A DNA stretch of 16,705 nucleotides from a virus (taxonomy: Duplodnaviria; Heunggongvirae; Uroviricota; Caudoviricetes): IMG/VR virus record IMGVR_UViG_3300029713_000003, positions 1,005 to 17,709 of that record; one strand, written 5' to 3'. The notes under the pieces were generated by a model, which saw only the letters and a program-made list of their open reading frames with translations, was not told the DNA's origin and did no database searches. The position numbers were made by a program, and so were the translations under genes. Position 1 is the stretch's first letter; every line of letters begins with the position of its first letter. This document shows, in pieces, positions 13,552-16,705 of this stretch.

Positions 13552-15129
13552 TCATTTCTTCTTCAGCCAGATCAAGCCTGCGACAGGATTGCTTGGTGCG
13601 TTTGTTGCGGAATAAACAATTGGCGGCATCTGGAATCCTTTGTAAAACAAGTTCCAGCCAGAGTTGATCTCAACAGCGTTTTGTATTTCGCTGGTTTTGC
13701 CGAACGCTACGCCGGTTCCGCCGTTCTTTACGTGGATAGCGTAAGCAGCGCTGGAAATAAGCGTATCCGTTGTGGCAGTACCGCCCATGGCGTCTGTCAC
13801 GATGAACCGCGCATAATAAGTTGAACTGCTGGAAAGATTACCGCCGCCAACGATATAAACCTTGCCGCTGGTCATATCGCTAATGGCTGTCACAAGGCTT
13901 GGCGTACCAGTTGTGTACACATAGTAGTACCCGGAGATCTTCATGGTGTTTGCAGCGCTTCCGTTAATCGTTACTGGTGAAACGTTGGCTGAGCAATAGA
14001 TGGACGCATAGGTTCCTTTTTCGCTTCCAACGCCAGCTGCCGTGCAGCGAAAAGCGTTGTAGGAAGAAATCACCGGCAGGTTGTAGGCAATTACGTTAAT
14101 GGTGATGGTTGCGCTTGCGGCGCGTCCACGCTCATCTTTCACAGTGACCGTAAAATTCATCTTACCGCTATGACCAAATTTATCAATTGTATATTCGTTC
14201 CATTTTTGACTGCCATCGTCTTCTGATGTAGAAGAAAACTCAATGGAACTGATGGTGGAGCCCGTACCGGCAGACACAGAACTTACAGTGAATTTTGCAC
14301 CGCACAGGTTTTGTATATAAACGCCCTTGCTGGTGGCAACTTTCTCTTTGGATGTGTCGTTATAAATCTCCGAAGTAAACCCGCCAATGCTCGGCACAAT
14401 GCTATTTGGCACGCTTAACGCAATTACTTTGGATGTGGTTCCTATGAAATTGTTATGATATAACGTTTGTACTGTAACCGTACATTCAATGGACGTCCTA
14501 TTTGGGCAGGAAGCCAGCCAGCTTGTCGGGATCTGGTACACAGCCGATGAAGCGCCTGTTGCTGTGGTCGTTTCGTATTGATAGGTATCATTCACCTTCC
14601 ACGTAATTTTGTGGTTCAACGCGCCAAGCTGTGGGTTTGAAAAGGAAACAGAAGAAGTGTTGCCAAAATCAACAGGAGAGCCGCAAGAAATAGAAGAGGA
14701 GCTGTACTTGGAATTAACACCGATGCTGATAGTAAACACCAAGTTGTGTTTCATATAGCATCCATTTCCACTTCCACCGGGATGCTCCGCAGAAACCGTA
14801 ACGTCCGCGCCTCCGGGGCCAACATTGAGGATGGAACTGTCTAGGTCATAGCCGTCCTCAACAATCGAATGGTCGCTTTGGTTTTGGGATAGTGTTCCAA
14901 TCCAGAAATACGAACCAAAGGACAAACAAACGTCGCTGGCATAGGTCTGGATTCTGGAATTTGATTTTACCGTACAGGAACCGTCAATGCTGTAAAGCCC
15001 AATATCACTTATGCTCGTCGGGGAAGTTCTCCTGATTGTTGCCGAAAAAGCGCTGCCGTCTTTCATGTAGTGATTGCCGCTGACGGTGATCTCATATGTC
15101 CATGTTGCCATTTCCTTCATTCCTTTCAT
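13552..15129 (-). CDS. Siphovirus minor tail/baseplate protein, DUF859-like
   Basis: Motifs VP.SIVPSI, YIQN, GSTISS, TVTVKDERGR, V.AY..P.I, AFRC, TDAMG, GVAFGK.SE. Start may be ATG at 15111 (MATW). Confidence 0.72.
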   Translation of the reverse strand: MKGMKEMATWTYEITVSGNHYMKDGSAFSATIRRTSPTSISDIGLYSIDGSCTVKSNSRIQTYASDVCLSFGSYFWIGTLSQNQSDHSIVEDGYDLDSSILNVGPGGADVTVSAEHPGGSGNGCYMKHNLVFTISIGVNSKYSSSSISCGSPVDFGNTSSVSFSNPQLGALNHKITWKVNDTYQYETTTATGASSAVYQIPTSWLASCPNRTSIECTVTVQTLYHNNFIGTTSKVIALSVPNSIVPSIGGFTSEIYNDTSKEKVATSKGVYIQNLCGAKFTVSSVSAGTGSTISSIEFSSTSEDDGSQKWNEYTIDKFGHSGKMNFTVTVKDERGRAASATITINVIAYNLPVISSYNAFRCTAAGVGSEKGTYASIYCSANVSPVTINGSAANTMKISGYYYVYTTGTPSLVTAISDMTSGKVYIVGGGNLSSSSTYYARFIVTDAMGGTATTDTLISSAAYAIHVKNGGTGVAFGKTSEIQNAVEINSGWNLFYKGFQMPPIVYSATNAPSNPVAGLIWLKKK

Positions 15130-16705
15130 TATAGCGGGTTGCTCGGATCACGCCACTTCAGTCCTAATCCGGTGGGCGTAACCGTCCAGTCAAAGTAACC
15201 ATTGCCGTTGTCTGTACCAATGGAAAGCTGCTGCGTCACACGGGCGTTCGTAATAAACATGGAACTGTCCGAAATATAGGCAACCTCCGATGAACCCTGC
15301 ATAAACGCCACCTTGCGGTTGGTAATCTGTGTCTTAAAATCTGATTGGGAAGAGCCAAGCGTCAGCACACCGTCGGAGCCAAACTGCATGTAGTTCGCCA
15401 CAGAGCCTTTGTAGTTGTTCAGGTCGCTGGCGACGCTTCCAATCTGGCTGTTGATTCCATCTTCTACCGTTCGGCTGAACATGATCTTGAAGCGGTCGTC
15501 GTTCATGGTCGCTTCCGCAATCTTCTGTTCCAAAATCTTGGTATCCGCGTCATACTTTTCAGTCGTCACTCTCGCTTCTACCGACGTCTTCAGCGCAGCC
15601 AGTTCTGTTGCGGTCGTCGTCCTGAATTTCTGCAGATTCATAATCGTGCTTTGGGATACGGTACATTCTTCCCAGTGTGCCGCGATGGTCTCACCGGATG
15701 CCGCGTCTACGTGCTCCGTCATCCAGCGCTTTAATACGCTGATGTCGCCGGAGGTATCCAGCCAAAGCATATCGTTGGACGGACTCTCCGGCTCCACGTC
15801 TGAAACGTAAATGTCATTGCTGACGCGCAGAGTGAACTGTGCTTGCACACCGCCAACTTGACAGATGAATGTAGCCTTCTCTGAAATCTCCGTGGCAGAT
15901 ACCGTGATGGTCTTACCGGTCTTGGAGTATGTCTCCGCGTTTCCATCCTTGTCCAGCTTCGCCCATACATACTCCGTGTCATCCAGTTCTACTTTCTCGC
16001 CGTTCTTATATAGCAGGCAGCTCAAGCTGGAGGAACCGCCATTGACAAAGGTATCTCCACCCGATGATGCGATGTAAGCCTGATAGGAATCCGTCTTGTC
16101 TGTCAGCGTTTCCGTGGCGGTAAAGGATTCGCCCTTGTAGGTCATCACGCATCGGAATACACCAATGCCGTCTACGCTCGCACCGCTTACAGAAATGGTC
16201 GGCGTTGCTTCCGTCATGGTTACCCACTGGCCGTCCTTGAACTGGCTCCATGCAAAGGTGGATGTGGAGTCTTTGGTCAGGTCGGTCGTTCCAAGGTAGG
16301 CGGACGCTGCAATCGAAAGTGTGCCCTGTCCATTGGGGAAGGTATTTCCGTCCGGTGTATACAGTGAGAACATCACGCCGTCGCGGCCATTCGTCCCGTC
16401 CTTTCCTTTGTTCAGCTTCACCCAAGACAAATAAAGCGTCGTGCTCAAAAGCACCACGCCGTCTTTATCCACTTGAACAGGAATACCAATCTGCCCGGAA
16501 ATAAGTCCTTCTGCTCCAAGGTAAGATCCTGCTGTTACCTGAATCACAAGTTCAACTTCACCGTCTTCTGTAGTTCCTCCGCTGGAGATCACCATACCGT
16601 CAGGAATGTTGGTAATCTTCGTAAAGTCAACCACCGGAATCGTCTTGGTAATACCAACATACGCAGCGACGGTTGGAACAATTCGGGTGTAGCTTACCTT
16701 GCCGT
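15129..16705 (-). CDS. C-terminal part of a large tail spike/host-specificity protein, 5' truncated
   Basis: Frame stays open from the window edge; GKDGTNGRDG linker, Ig-like repeats, P..P..DMLWLDTS, coiled coil, and a C-terminal YMQF...LTLG.....FK..ITN....F.....VAYIS module. Confidence 0.8.
   Translation of the reverse strand, partial: GKVSYTRIVPTVAAYVGITKTIPVVDFTKITNIPDGMVISSGGTTEDGEVELVIQVTAGSYLGAEGLISGQIGIPVQVDKDGVVLLSTTLYLSWVKLNKGKDGTNGRDGVMFSLYTPDGNTFPNGQGTLSIAASAYLGTTDLTKDSTSTFAWSQFKDGQWVTMTEATPTISVSGASVDGIGVFRCVMTYKGESFTATETLTDKTDSYQAYIASSGGDTFVNGGSSSLSCLLYKNGEKVELDDTEYVWAKLDKDGNAETYSKTGKTITVSATEISEKATFICQVGGVQAQFTLRVSNDIYVSDVEPESPSNDMLWLDTSGDISVLKRWMTEHVDAASGETIAAHWEECTVSQSTIMNLQKFRTTTATELAALKTSVEARVTTEKYDADTKILEQKIAEATMNDDRFKIMFSRTVEDGINSQIGSVASDLNNYKGSVANYMQFGSDGVLTLGSSQSDFKTQITNRKVAFMQGSSEVAYISDSSMFITNARVTQQLSIGTDNGNGYFDWTVTPTGLGLKWRDPSNPL

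Noticed and set aside
1..16705. A second VR target for the TR
   Set aside because: No third copy of the TR core (e.g. GAAGAGCCAGCATTCGACCC) was seen by eye in this window; remote targets elsewhere in the genome cannot be assessed.

Overview
Late-gene (tail + lysis) region of a siphovirus-type phage or prophage, read mostly on the minus strand. The host is probably a Firmicutes/Clostridia member (inferred from XkdX, SpoIID and SH3b content and strong SD sites). Minus-strand order: tail spike C-terminus (cut by the window edge), DUF859-like tail protein, Ser/Thr-rich tail protein, [low-GC module 2], BppU-like protein, two small ORFs, tail fibre with a variable repeat (VR), template repeat (TR), reverse transcriptase, XkdW/XkdX-like chaperones, [low-GC module 1], SpoIID+NlpC/P60+SH3 endolysin, two holin-like genes and a tail-tube-like gene. 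Main result 1: a diversity-generating retroelement (DGR). TR 7029-7125 and VR 7234-7330 align without gaps over 97 bp with 18 mismatches, 17 of them at TR adenines. It has no recognisable avd gene and its RT carries QMDD instead of YxDD. Main result 2: two separate low-GC inserts with the same design, each a signal-peptide-less peptidoglycan hydrolase in late-gene orientation convergent with a signal-peptide protein that has its own candidate promoter. These look like phage-borne wall-lytic effector/immunity pairs (inference). Domain calls come from motif recognition by eye; no searches were run.
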